Source: Spirochaetia bacterium (lineage in GTDB: Bacteria > Spirochaetota > Spirochaetia > SZUA-6 > Bin103). Taken from it: a stretch of 64,000 nucleotides of DNA. Shown here piece by piece: positions 1-9,526 of this stretch; position 1 is the first letter of the stretch, and each line of letters opens with the position of its first letter. The notes under the pieces are model-generated. The model had not been told where the DNA came from and ran no database searches. It saw only the letters and a program-made list of their open reading frames with translations. The DNA lies in the NCBI GenBank assembly GCA_965203905.1, contig CBDBDQ010000005.1:992001-1056000 (forward strand), given 5' to 3'. The translations under genes and the position numbers were made by a program.

Positions 1-1088
1 ATACGGCGCAGCTCGGTAGCCATGGCGTGCACGCGATCGGTCTCCTGCAGGCGCGTATGGCCGATCCCGCGAATAGTCACCGGCCCCGATGCGAACGGCG
101 CCATGGCTGCCAGGGTGGGCGCGGTGTCGCTGATCGCGGAAAGGTCGACGTCGATACCCGCCAGCGCCGACGGCCCCTGCACGGCGACCCCCGCGGCATC
201 CAGCTCCACCCGGCAGCCCATCCGCCCGAGCACGTCCAGGAACGCGAGGTCGCCCTGCAGCGAGTCGCGGCCCAGGCCCGGTACCCGCACCCGCCCGCCG
301 GTAACTGCCGCGGCGGCGAAGAAGTAGGAGGCACTGGTGGCGTCCGGCTCGATTACCAGGTCCTGCGCCCGATAGCGCTGGCCGGCCGGAATCGAGAAGC
401 GGCGTCCGTTCTCCCCCACGGCGGCCCCGAATCGGCGCATGAGCTGCACCGTCATTGCGACGAAGGGTTCCGACACCAGCTTCCCCTCGATCTCCAGCGT
501 CGTCGCCGCCCGCGCCAGGGGTGCCACCATCAACAGCGCCGAGATCGGCTGGCTGCTGCGCACGCCCGACACCTGCAGCTCGCCGCCCGCCAGGCCGCCG
601 CCGCAGATCGTGAATGGCATGCGCACCGGCTGCGTGGCGGCGCTGATACGCGCGCCCTGAGCGGCGAGGGCGGTGAGCAGTTCCTCCATCGGCCGCTCCC
701 GCATGCGCGGCGCCCCGTCTACCGTGTAGCAGCCGCTGCCCAGTGCCAGCAGCGCCGTGAGGAACCGCGCCGCCGTGCCGGCGAGGCCGACGAACAGGTC
801 CGCCTCCGGCTCCGGCAGCATGCCGCCACGGCCGTCGACGCTGATCGTGGCCTGGTCCGGATCTTGCCGGACCTCGAGGCCGAGCGCCTGCAGCGCGGCG
901 CCGAAGTAGTGGGTGTCGTCGCTGAACAGGGCGTTGTGCAGGGTGGAGGTGCCCGATGCCAGCGCGGCCAGGCACAGGGCGCGATTGGTCAGGCTCTTGG
1001 AGCCGGGAACGGAAACGGTCGCGTCGACCGGTCCCGCGACCGGCGTAATCGCCTGGGGAGGTTGGCGTTGATCGGCGGTGTGCGGCAT
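1..1088 (-). CDS. aroA: 3-phosphoshikimate 1-carboxyvinyltransferase (EPSP synthase), 3' end runs off window
   Basis: Manual minus-strand translation from ATG at 1088: VPGSKSLTNRAL, GTAARF, RMRERP, SSQPISALLM, EPDATSASYF, LQGD, RLQETDR motifs. Absent from the ORF track because it is truncated by the window edge. Confidence 0.95.
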   Translation of the reverse strand, partial: MPHTADQRQPPQAITPVAGPVDATVSVPGSKSLTNRALCLAALASGTSTLHNALFSDDTHYFGAALQALGLEVRQDPDQATISVDGRGGMLPEPEADLFVGLAGTAARFLTALLALGSGCYTVDGAPRMRERPMEELLTALAAQGARISAATQPVRMPFTICGGGLAGGELQVSGVRSSQPISALLMVAPLARAATTLEIEGKLVSEPFVAMTVQLMRRFGAAVGENGRRFSIPAGQRYRAQDLVIEPDATSASYFFAAAAVTGGRVRVPGLGRDSLQGDLAFLDVLGRMGCRVELDAAGVAVQGPSALAGIDVDLSAISDTAPTLAAMAPFASGPVTIRGIGHTRLQETDRVHAMATELRR

Positions 1089-1157
1089 GCTGGGGACGAA
1101 CAGGGGCCGTGCAGCACGGCCCCGCATTCGCACCGCATGGTGCTACAGGAGTTGCAC

Positions 1158-1535
1158 ATGTACAAGACGCCGATTACCTCCGAGCAGGGGGCGCCTCCAG
1201 GCGGGCCGTATACCCCGGCGTTGCGCTGGGGAGACCTGGTATTCGTTTCCGGACAGGTGGGAGTCGACCCGGCGACCGGCCAAGCCGTCGAGGGCGACTT
1301 CAGCGCCGAAGTGCGCCGGGTCCTGGACAACGTCAGGACGCTGGTGCAGGCCGGCGGATCTTCCATGGACAAGGTGCTGAAGGTGACCGTCTATCTCACC
1401 GACATGGCGCGCTTCGCGGAGATGAACGCCGTCTACGAGGAGTACTTTCCCGAACCGCGCCCTACCCGCAGCACCGTGCAGGTGGGGCTCGCCAAGCAGT
1501 ACCGCGTTGAGATCGACGTCATCGCCGGCACCTGA
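1158..1535 (+). CDS. ridA: RidA/YjgF/UK114 family enamine deaminase
   Basis: C-terminal part of ORF 27..1535: GPYTPA, VFVSGQV, VLKVTVYL, MNAVYEEYF, RPTRSTV, VEIDVIA. AGGAG precedes ATG 1158. Confidence 0.9.
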   Translation: MYKTPITSEQGAPPGGPYTPALRWGDLVFVSGQVGVDPATGQAVEGDFSAEVRRVLDNVRTLVQAGGSSMDKVLKVTVYLTDMARFAEMNAVYEEYFPEPRPTRSTVQVGLAKQYRVEIDVIAGT

Positions 1536-2679
1536 CCGCGATCCTCCGATCGATCATCCCGGAGAGCAGGTAGAGACCACCCGCCACGAGATCCACTTCG
1601 CCGACTCGCGCACGATGGCCGCGGTCCCTGACGACTCGGTCTCCCTGGTGGTGACCTCACCGCCCTACCCGATGATCGAGTTGTGGGACGCACAGTTCGC
1701 CGCGGCCGACCCGCACATCGCGCAGGCGCTGTCAGCCGAGCGTGGCAATCAGGCATTCGAGTTGATGCATTGCCGCCTCGACGTGGTATGGCGCGAGTGT
1801 CATCGGGTGCTCCAGCCGGGCGGGTTGGCGTGCATCAACATCGGCGACGCGACGCGCAAGACCGGCGGCGAATTCCGGCTGTTCTCCAACCACAGTCGCA
1901 TCCTGCACGCGCTGACAGGGCTCGGCTTCTCCGTGTTGCCCGACATCCTGTGGCGCAAGCCGACCAATGCGCCGAACAAGTTCCTCGGCTCGGGCATGCT
2001 GCCGGCAGGCGCCTACGTCACCTACGAGCACGAGTACATCCTGATCGCGCGCAAGGGCGGCCCGCGCAAGTTCTCGCCCGCCGACAGGGCCCGCCGCCGA
2101 CGCAGCGCCTTCTTCTGGGAAGAGCGCAACGTCTGGTTCTCCGACGTGTGGCTCGACCTGGTCGGCGCCCGGCAGCTTCTCGGCAGCGCAGGACTCGATG
2201 ATCCCGACGCCCGCGCGCGCAGCGCCGCGTACCCGTTCGAACTGGCGTACCGCCTGATCCAGATGCACTCCCTGATCGGCGACACCGTGCTCGACCCGTT
2301 CCTCGGCACCGGCACCACCACCGCCGCCGCCATCGCCAGCGGTCGCTCCAGCATCGGATTCGAAATCGAACACAGCCTCGCGCAAACAATTCGCAACACG
2401 ACCGAGACCGCCGGGAAGCTGGGACACGAGTACGTACGGCGCCGGCTGGATGCCCATCTCGATTTCGTGCAATCCCGGGAGGCGGCAGGCCGCCCCTGCC
2501 GCCATGTCAACCGTCACTACGGTTTCCCGGTGATTACCGGCCAGGAAACTGACCTGCAATTCCTTATACCAGATGTAATAAGTCTTGATTCGAAAGGTAA
2601 CTGTTCGACGAGTCACAGAGTTGCTCCACAACCGATTCGGGAGTCTCAGCAAGAGCTCTCATTCGGAAACACATCATGA
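1507..2679 (+). CDS. DNA methyltransferase, beta class (N4-cytosine/N6-adenine); true start uncertain (~1570-1615)
   Basis: VVTSPPY catalytic motif precedes VLDPFLGTGTT SAM-binding motif (beta order). Confidence 0.9.
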   Translation: MRSTSSPAPDRDPPIDHPGEQVETTRHEIHFADSRTMAAVPDDSVSLVVTSPPYPMIELWDAQFAAADPHIAQALSAERGNQAFELMHCRLDVVWRECHRVLQPGGLACINIGDATRKTGGEFRLFSNHSRILHALTGLGFSVLPDILWRKPTNAPNKFLGSGMLPAGAYVTYEHEYILIARKGGPRKFSPADRARRRRSAFFWEERNVWFSDVWLDLVGARQLLGSAGLDDPDARARSAAYPFELAYRLIQMHSLIGDTVLDPFLGTGTTTAAAIASGRSSIGFEIEHSLAQTIRNTTETAGKLGHEYVRRRLDAHLDFVQSREAAGRPCRHVNRHYGFPVITGQETDLQFLIPDVISLDSKGNCSTSHRVAPQPIRESQQELSFGNTS

Positions 2680-2738
2680 AGATCAAGAGGCGGAACGGAA
2701 CGATTGTGGCTGATCTCGACGAGGTTGAGCGGCCTTGA
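2676..2738 (+). pseudogene. 20-aa stub (MKIKRRNGTIVADLDEVERP), possible remnant of the cognate restriction endonuclease
   Basis: ATGA overlap with the MTase stop and TTGA overlap with the next gene start. Identity is inferred. Confidence 0.35.
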
Positions 2739-3645
2739 ATCGGGACCAACTGGCTGGTCTGATCGGCTCCGGGGAGAACTCCGGTGTCGAGTTCAAGCGG
2801 GATGAGTTGCGCGCGGAGCGGGTGGCGAGAGAAATCGCTGGTCTGCTCAACCTGGAAGGTGGTCACGTTCTTCTGGGGGTGGAGGACGACGGAACGGTTA
2901 CCGGGCTGTCCCGCGGTCGGCGGCAGGCCGAGGAGTGGGTGATGGAGGTGGCCCGCACCCATGTGCGTCCAGCCACGATTCCCTACTGGGAAACGGTTGA
3001 GTGGCGCGAAGGCATGATTGTCGGCGTCGTGTCACTGCCGGCGGACGCCCCGGACAAGCCCTACAAGGCGAAGCGCGGATCGGCCTGGGTTACCCAGGTG
3101 CGTGCCGGAACTACCACCCGGGACGCCACCGACGAGGAAGAGATGCGCCTCTACCAGCAGTCGGGACGGCTGCAGTACGACCGCAAGCCGGTGCCGGGCA
3201 CGTCGTTTGCCGACCTCGATCCGCGCCGGCTGATCAACTACTTCCGCGACCTGCGACAACAGGACTTCCCCGAAATCGCGGACCAAGACTCCTGGACGCG
3301 GTTGCTCGTCAACACCGAGATCATGGTCGAGGGCCGCGGCCGCGCCATGGCGAGTGCGGCCGGACTGCTCCTGTTCGGGAGGAACCCCGGCCGCTACCTG
3401 CCGCAGGCGGGTGTCAGTGCGGCGGCCTACGCGGGGGTCGAGAAGGACTACGACGCGAAGGAACGGGCAACGGTGCGCGGGCCGGCGTTGTCGACTATGG
3501 CTACATCGAGGCCACCGGCCTCGGGGTGCCGCGCAAGATCGTACGGGGCATGCGCGAGCACAACGGCACCGAACCCGACCTGATCGAAGAGGACGACCGC
3601 TTCACGGTCCGGCTGTGGAAGCAGAGCCCGTCGCTGGCGCGGTAG
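2735..3645 (+). pseudogene. AlbA_2/Schlafen + RecG-C-like ATP-binding regulator with internal deletion and frameshift
   Basis: GENSGVEFK..LLNLEGGHVLLGVEDDG AlbA motif. The C-terminus (DYGYIEATGLGV..HNGTEPDL) is in another frame after ~3490, and the central 'REALVNA..HRD' block is missing. Confidence 0.8.
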
Positions 3646-3660
3646 CAGTGGTCCGAGCGA

Positions 3661-3715
3661 TTTCTCCTTTTCAAAAGGAGAAATAACCTATATTTTCTCC
3701 TTTCAGCAAGGAGAA
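3661..3715. promoter_or_regulatory. Tandem palindromic operator-like sites upstream of the AAA_14 gene
   Basis: TTTCTCCTTTT-C-AAAAGGAGAAA followed by TTCTCCTT-TCAGC-AAGGAGAA. The second copy overlaps the RBS. Confidence 0.6.
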
Positions 3716-3720
3716 TTAAG

Positions 3721-5043
3721 ATGGTAGGATCGTTGCGTCAGGCTTTGGTGGAGCAGCTTGCCGACTCGCTGGGGAAGCCGCTGCCTTCGTTTACCCCGCG
3801 GCGCGTGTTCGGGCGCACCGGCCTGCCCGGCAAGGCCACGGCGGTGACCGGGATGCGGCGCGCCGGCAAGACCACCTTTCTGCATCAGCTTCGCCAGGAG
3901 CGGGTCGAGGGAGGCACCCCGCTCGACCGGCTGCCGTTCGTTTCCTTCGAGGACGAGCGCCTGGCCGGCCTGGAAGCCGGCGAGCTTGGCGTGCTGGTGG
4001 ACGAGTATTACCGGCGCGTGCCACAGGCTCATGGCGCGACGGTGACGTGGTGCTTCGACGAGATTCAACTGGTGCCGGGGTGGGAACGGTTCGTGCGCCG
4101 GCTTCTCGACAGCGGCGGTTGCGAGGTGTTCGTAACCGGCTCGTCTGCCGCGCTGCTGTCGCGGGAGATCGCCACCGCGTTACGCGGTCGGGCGTGGCAG
4201 GTGCTGTTGCATCCGTTCTCCTTTGCGGAGGCGCTCCGCCACCGTGATCGGACGATTCCTGCCGGCGGCCTGCTGTGGCGCCGCGAGCGCTCCCACCTGG
4301 AACGGGCGCTGCTGGACTGGCTTGCCGTGGGGGGCTTTCCCGAAGCGCAGCGCCTCGACGCCGCCGCGCGGTTTCAGCTCGTTCGCGACTACGTGGACGT
4401 GGCCGTGCTGCGCGACGTGGTGGAGCGGCATCAGGTGCGCAACGTGACCGCCCTGCGCTGGCTGGTGCGTCACCTCCTGGGGAACGCCGCGGCAACCTTC
4501 AGCGTAGAGAAGTTTCACGCCGTCTTGCGTTCGCAGGGCCTGGCGGTTGCCCGGGATACGCTGCACCAGTTGCTCGCCCACCTGGAGGACTGCTATCTGG
4601 TGCGCCTGGTGTGGATGGAGTCGGTGTCCGAGCGCCAGCGCATGGTGAACCCGCGCAAGGCGTATCCGGTCGATCCGGGCTTGATTTCGGTGTTCGACCG
4701 TAGCGGACGCAGGAACCTCGGCCATGCCCTGGAGACCGCGGTCCTGGTAGAGCTGGAACGGCGCCGGCGTGAGGTCACCTACGTCCGCACCCCGCAAGGC
4801 TATGAAGTCGACTTCCTCGCCCGCAACGCTGACGGTTCCGTGGAACTGCTGCAGGTGTGTGCCGACCTCTCCGACGTCGGAACCGCCACCCGTGAGCTGC
4901 GCGCCCTGGCGGCCGCCGGTGAACGGTTCCCGCACGCCCGCAAGCTCCTGATCACGTTGACCGGCGACGCCGGTCCCGCGACGCCGCCCGCGGGTGTCGA
5001 GGTCCAGTCAGCCGCCGAGTGGCTGCTCGAGCCGTATCGGTAG
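3721..5043 (+). CDS. AAA_14 ATPase with DUF4143 (PD-(D/E)XK-like) C-terminus
   Basis: GMRRAGKT Walker A, FDEIQ Walker B, VTGSSA, GGFPE, KAYPVDPG, EVDFL..QVC. Confidence 0.88.
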   Translation: MVGSLRQALVEQLADSLGKPLPSFTPRRVFGRTGLPGKATAVTGMRRAGKTTFLHQLRQERVEGGTPLDRLPFVSFEDERLAGLEAGELGVLVDEYYRRVPQAHGATVTWCFDEIQLVPGWERFVRRLLDSGGCEVFVTGSSAALLSREIATALRGRAWQVLLHPFSFAEALRHRDRTIPAGGLLWRRERSHLERALLDWLAVGGFPEAQRLDAAARFQLVRDYVDVAVLRDVVERHQVRNVTALRWLVRHLLGNAAATFSVEKFHAVLRSQGLAVARDTLHQLLAHLEDCYLVRLVWMESVSERQRMVNPRKAYPVDPGLISVFDRSGRRNLGHALETAVLVELERRRREVTYVRTPQGYEVDFLARNADGSVELLQVCADLSDVGTATRELRALAAAGERFPHARKLLITLTGDAGPATPPAGVEVQSAAEWLLEPYR

Positions 5044-5045
5044 CG

Positions 5046-6326
5046 TCAGGAGACGCGTATGATCTGCTCGCGGCGCGGGCCGACCGAGATCCAGCGCACC
5101 GGGATACCGGCCGCCGTCTCGATGGCGCGCACGTAGGCCTGGGCCTGGGGCGGCAGGTCGGCGAAGCGCCGGGCATCGCTGATGTCGCAACGCCAGCCCG
5201 GCAGCGTCTCGTACACCGGACGCGCCCGCTCCAGCAGCGCCGTCGACGGGAACTCGGCGCGCCGGACGCCGTCCACTTCATACGCGGTGCAGATGGGAAT
5301 GGCGTCCAGGTAGCCGAGCACGTCCAGCAGGGTCACGGCCAGCTCGCTCGCGCCCTGCACCGCGCAGCCGTAGCGGGTGGCGACCGCGTCGAACCAGCCG
5401 ACGCGGCGCGGGCGGCCGGTGGTGGCGCCGTACTCGCCGGCGTCGCCGCCGCGCTCGCGCAGCTCGTCGCCGCAGGGACCGCTCAGCTCGGTGGCGAAGG
5501 GCCCGGCACCGACACAGGAGGAGTACGCCTTGACCGTCGCCACCACCCGCTCGATGGCGCGCGCGGGAAGGCCGGCGCCGACCGTGGCGAACCCCGCCAG
5601 GGGTGATGAAGAGGTGGTGTAGGGGTAAATGCCGTGGTCAGGGTCGCGCAACGCGCCGAGCTGGCCTTCCAGCAGGATGCGCTTGCCGTCACGCAACGCC
5701 GCCTGCAGCAGGGTGGCGGCGTCCACCACGATCTCGCGCACCTTCGCGCCGAGGGCCAGCAGTTCCTCGACCAGCGGGTCGAGCCGCAGCGGCGCCGCGC
5801 CGTAGAGGTGTTCCAGCAGCACGTTGATGCGTGACACGGTCTGGCGCAGGCGCTTGCGCAGGTGGTCGCCGTCGAACAGGTCGCCCACCTGGATCCCTAC
5901 CTTGAGGTACTTGTCGGCGTAGAACGGCGCCATGCCAGTCTGGGTGGAGCCGAACGCGGCCGCGCCGCGCCGCGCCTCCTCCAGCCGATCCAGCTCCACG
6001 TGGTGGGGCAGCACCACCTGGGCGCGCTCGGCAATCAGCACCCGCGGATTGGGCGCTCCCCGGTCACGCAACTCGGCCAGCTCCTGCAGCAGCGCAGCCA
6101 CGTCCACGGCCACGCCCGGTCCGAGCAGGTTGGTGGTGTGGTCGTAGAACACCCCGCACGGGACCAGGTGCAGGGCGAACTTGCCGTACCGGTTGATGAC
6201 GGTGTGGCCCGCGTTACGCCCGCCTTGAAAACGAATCACCAGGTCGGACGACTCCGCCAGGTAGTCGCACAGCTTGCCCTTGCCCTCGTCGCCCCAGTTG
6301 GCGCCGACCACGGCCGTTACCGGCAT
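5046..6326 (-). CDS. purA: Adenylosuccinate synthetase
   Basis: GANWGDEGKGK, RFQGGRNAGHT, EYGATTGRPRRVGWFD, SVGP. Confidence 0.97.
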   Translation of the reverse strand: MPVTAVVGANWGDEGKGKLCDYLAESSDLVIRFQGGRNAGHTVINRYGKFALHLVPCGVFYDHTTNLLGPGVAVDVAALLQELAELRDRGAPNPRVLIAERAQVVLPHHVELDRLEEARRGAAAFGSTQTGMAPFYADKYLKVGIQVGDLFDGDHLRKRLRQTVSRINVLLEHLYGAAPLRLDPLVEELLALGAKVREIVVDAATLLQAALRDGKRILLEGQLGALRDPDHGIYPYTTSSSPLAGFATVGAGLPARAIERVVATVKAYSSCVGAGPFATELSGPCGDELRERGGDAGEYGATTGRPRRVGWFDAVATRYGCAVQGASELAVTLLDVLGYLDAIPICTAYEVDGVRRAEFPSTALLERARPVYETLPGWRCDISDARRFADLPPQAQAYVRAIETAAGIPVRWISVGPRREQIIRVS

Positions 6327-6357
6327 TGCACGCTCCTCGACCGCGCCCTCGCCATTG

Positions 6358-8268
6358 TCACGCCGGACCCCGCCGCCGGGACGCCGCCCGCGCGGCAATC
6401 ACGGACCCGCCCGATCGCGTGACCTCCCCGGGCCCCGCCGCAGCGTCCCCGTGGCCGCCCGCAACGGCTTGCGCCGCAGATTCGTGAGCCACCGCCACGC
6501 CGCTCCCGGCCTCGGCAACGCCGGTGGACGCCAAGGGGGCGTGCCCGGCACGGCGGTGTGCAATGCAGGCTTGAACGAAGCCGTGAAACAGCGGATTCGG
6601 ATTCGCCGGGCGGCTGGTGAACTCGGGATGGAACTGCACCCCGATGAAGAAGGGATGCTGCGGCAGCTCGGCCACCTGCACGATCGGCTGCCCGGGCGCC
6701 CAGCCGGAGAAGACCATGCCGTTGTCCTCGAACACCTTGCGATACCACGGATTGAACTCGTAACGGTGGCGGAAGCGTTCATCCGCCCGCAACGCGCCGT
6801 ACAGCTCGGCGACCCGCGACCCCTCCTGCAGCGCCACCGCGTGCCGGCCCAGACGCATCGAGCCGCCGATGCCCTCGATCTCGTACTGCTCCGGCAGCAG
6901 GCAGACGACCGGATCGGTGGTGCCGGCGTCGTTTTCCGTGGTGTTGGCGTGCCCCATGTCGCAGCACTCGCGGGCGTACTCCACCATCGCCGCCTGGAAG
7001 CCGTAGCAGATTCCCAGCATTGGCAGGCCGCTGGTGCGGGCGTGGGTGATGCAGGAAATCTTGCCCTCCCAGCCGCGGCGCCCGAAGCCGCCCGGCACGA
7101 TCAGACCGTCCAGCTTGCCGAGCTGCGCCATGGCAGCTTGCAGGCGCTCGTCACGCCCGCCGGCGTGCTCGACGGCGTCGGACGACACGTCTACCACCTC
7201 CACCGTGACCCCGCTGGCGCAGCCGGCGTGCTCCAGTGCGCTGAGAATGCTGGCGTAGGTGTCGCGCGGTCCCAGGTACTTGCCGGCCAGGCCCACCACC
7301 ACCCGCTCCGTCGCACTGGTCAGCCGCTGCAGGTAGCTCGCAAGGTTTACGCGCGGGCGCCGCGGGCGGAGCGGCAGATCGAAGTAGCGCAGCGTCAGCT
7401 CGTCGACGTTCTGCGACGCCAGATGGGGCAGTACCTGGTAGACCGACTTCTGGGTGTGCAGATCGATCACGTTGCGCTCCGGCAGGCGCAGGCGCTGCGC
7501 CAGCTTGCGCAGCACCCCGCGCTCCACCGGATTCTCGCTGCGGCACACCAGCATGTGCGGCTTGACGCCCATCTGCATCAGCATCTGGGTGCCGTGCTGA
7601 GCCGCCTTGCTCTTCTGTTCGTTCAGATGCGATGCCTCGATGATCCACGCCAGGTTGATGAAGAACACGTTGCGCTCGCCCTCCTGGTAGGCGAGCTCGC
7701 TCATCGCCGAGAGGTAGGGCCGGTTCTCCTCGTCGCCCACCGTGCCGCCGATCTCCACCAGGGTGATGTCGGCCCGGTAGGCCAGCGACGACTCGCGCAC
7801 GAAGCGGATCACCTCACCGGTAACGTGGGGGTAGAACTGGACGTCGGAACCGGAAAACTGGCCGCTGCGTTCCAGCTCGTTGATGCGCCGCGCCAGGCGC
7901 CCGTTGGTGAAGATGTTGTACTCCGACAGGCTCTTGTCGACGAAGCGCTCATAGGTGCCGATGTCCATGTCGCACTCGGTGCCGTCGTCGAGCACGAACA
8001 CCTCGCCGTGGCGGTACGGGCTCAGCGTACCGGCGTCCTCGTTGAAGTAGCCGTCCATCTTGATCAGGTTGGTGCGATAGCCGCGCTCCTCCAGGAGCAC
8101 CGCGAGGCCGGCCGAGAACACTCCCTTGCCGAGGCCGCTGATTACGCTGCCGGTGACGATGATGAACCTGGTCTGGCCGGGGCGATAGCCGGGCGGCTGA
8201 ATCGAGTACTCCTCGCCGGGATCGGAGCGGCCGCTCAAGGCCAGCAGGGCGTCGGGAATGCGCGTCAC
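6358..8268 (-). CDS. pyrG: CTP synthase
   Basis: GSVISGLGKG, HGEVFV, EIGGTVGD, GICYG, ERFRHRYE, QFHPEF. Confidence 0.96.
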   Translation of the reverse strand: MTRIPDALLALSGRSDPGEEYSIQPPGYRPGQTRFIIVTGSVISGLGKGVFSAGLAVLLEERGYRTNLIKMDGYFNEDAGTLSPYRHGEVFVLDDGTECDMDIGTYERFVDKSLSEYNIFTNGRLARRINELERSGQFSGSDVQFYPHVTGEVIRFVRESSLAYRADITLVEIGGTVGDEENRPYLSAMSELAYQEGERNVFFINLAWIIEASHLNEQKSKAAQHGTQMLMQMGVKPHMLVCRSENPVERGVLRKLAQRLRLPERNVIDLHTQKSVYQVLPHLASQNVDELTLRYFDLPLRPRRPRVNLASYLQRLTSATERVVVGLAGKYLGPRDTYASILSALEHAGCASGVTVEVVDVSSDAVEHAGGRDERLQAAMAQLGKLDGLIVPGGFGRRGWEGKISCITHARTSGLPMLGICYGFQAAMVEYARECCDMGHANTTENDAGTTDPVVCLLPEQYEIEGIGGSMRLGRHAVALQEGSRVAELYGALRADERFRHRYEFNPWYRKVFEDNGMVFSGWAPGQPIVQVAELPQHPFFIGVQFHPEFTSRPANPNPLFHGFVQACIAHRRAGHAPLASTGVAEAGSGVAVAHESAAQAVAGGHGDAAAGPGEVTRSGGSVIAARAASRRRGPA

Positions 8269-9497
8269 GCGGCGCTGACCTGCAGCACGTGCTTGAGCTT
8301 GTTGCCGTAGTAGGAGGCAAGGTGCGGGTGGTGCACGAAAATCTCCCGGTCATCGTACTCCAGCGTCATGTAGGACTTCGACGGGATGATCGGCACGTCC
8401 GGAAAATTGTAGATCTTCACCGTGCGGGCCAGCATTTCTTCCAATGAAAGGCGGCGGCGCTCGGCAGTGTACAGCGGTGACGTGTCCAGTCCATAAGCCT
8501 CGATCCGTTCCAGGTTGGCTGTCACCCGGTCCTCCAATTCCTCACGGCTCATCTTGTAGCGGTCGTCCAGCGACGCGAACACCAGGGTGCTCTCGTATAC
8601 CCGCATCAGCTTGCCCATTTGTTCCCGCACCAGGGCCGCCATCTCGCGCGCCCGCGGGGCACGGTCAATCGGAATCCCTTCGCCGAAGCGAATCAGGACC
8701 CGCGAACGCTGATCGCGGATGCGCCGGGCAAAGGGCATCTTCATGAACGCGTAGTAGTGGTCGTACACGTACTTGGCGAACTTGCTCTTGCGCGAGCGTG
8801 CCTGGTACTCGCGGAACACGATGTCCTCGGGAATCCGTTCATAGGAGATGTTCACCGGCACGTACCGGGCGTTCTCGATCTGCAACTGGCGCACCGCGGT
8901 GCGCAACACCAGGAACACGTAGGGTGACAGGTCGGCAAACTCTCCCGAGTAGGAGCGCCCGTACTTTACCTCGCCGGTGACACGGTCCGGCTCGTAGCCC
9001 GGGAAGATCATCAGGTGCAGGCCCTCGGCCAGCACCTTCTTGATTTGCTCCAGGTACATCTTGTTGTACTGCTCCTTGGTGAGCACGAAGGGCTTGGTGC
9101 CCAGCACTTTCAGCAGCAGGTTGGCCAGCCAGTGCCTGGCGTAGAACGAGCGCCGGTCGCGAATCATCATGAACGCCCCGCACTTGCGCAGGAAGGTGTC
9201 CACCGGACCGACGTACAGGTTCTCACCGGCCTGAATCGCGGTGCGGATGTAGCGCTGCGCCAGATAGGTCTGCAGCAGCATCCAGTCGTACTCGCTCTGG
9301 TGGTTGGGAATGAAGATGAGCTGGTGACCGGCGCGCGCCTGTTCATGCACCGCGTCGAGGCCCTCGATCTCGACCCCGGTGAAACAGTTGCCGAACAGGA
9401 TCACCTCCACCGTGTTGGCGGTGTTGACCACGTAACGGTCGCTGCGCCGGTGGTGCAGCAGATGCAGGATCTCGTCCGCCGACAGATCTTGTCTCAT
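8265..9497 (-). CDS. PlsB/PlsC-family glycerolipid acyltransferase
   Basis: FIPNHQSEYD (HX4D), AGENL, GAFMMIR, IFP..GRS, VPVNISYE. GTGA overlap with pyrG. Confidence 0.75.
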   Translation of the reverse strand: MRQDLSADEILHLLHHRRSDRYVVNTANTVEVILFGNCFTGVEIEGLDAVHEQARAGHQLIFIPNHQSEYDWMLLQTYLAQRYIRTAIQAGENLYVGPVDTFLRKCGAFMMIRDRRSFYARHWLANLLLKVLGTKPFVLTKEQYNKMYLEQIKKVLAEGLHLMIFPGYEPDRVTGEVKYGRSYSGEFADLSPYVFLVLRTAVRQLQIENARYVPVNISYERIPEDIVFREYQARSRKSKFAKYVYDHYYAFMKMPFARRIRDQRSRVLIRFGEGIPIDRAPRAREMAALVREQMGKLMRVYESTLVFASLDDRYKMSREELEDRVTANLERIEAYGLDTSPLYTAERRRLSLEEMLARTVKIYNFPDVPIIPSKSYMTLEYDDREIFVHHPHLASYYGNKLKHVLQVSAA

Positions 9498-9526
9498 GGG
9501 CAGGGCGTGAACGTGGCCAGCGTCGG

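Noticed and set aside
6274-8310. Long antisense or alternative-frame ORFs (e.g. 6274..8310, 20795..22648, 24050..26191, 39500..41785, 47970..50066)
   Set aside because: They are shadows of well-supported genes caused by high GC and stop-codon scarcity, and carry no recognisable motifs.
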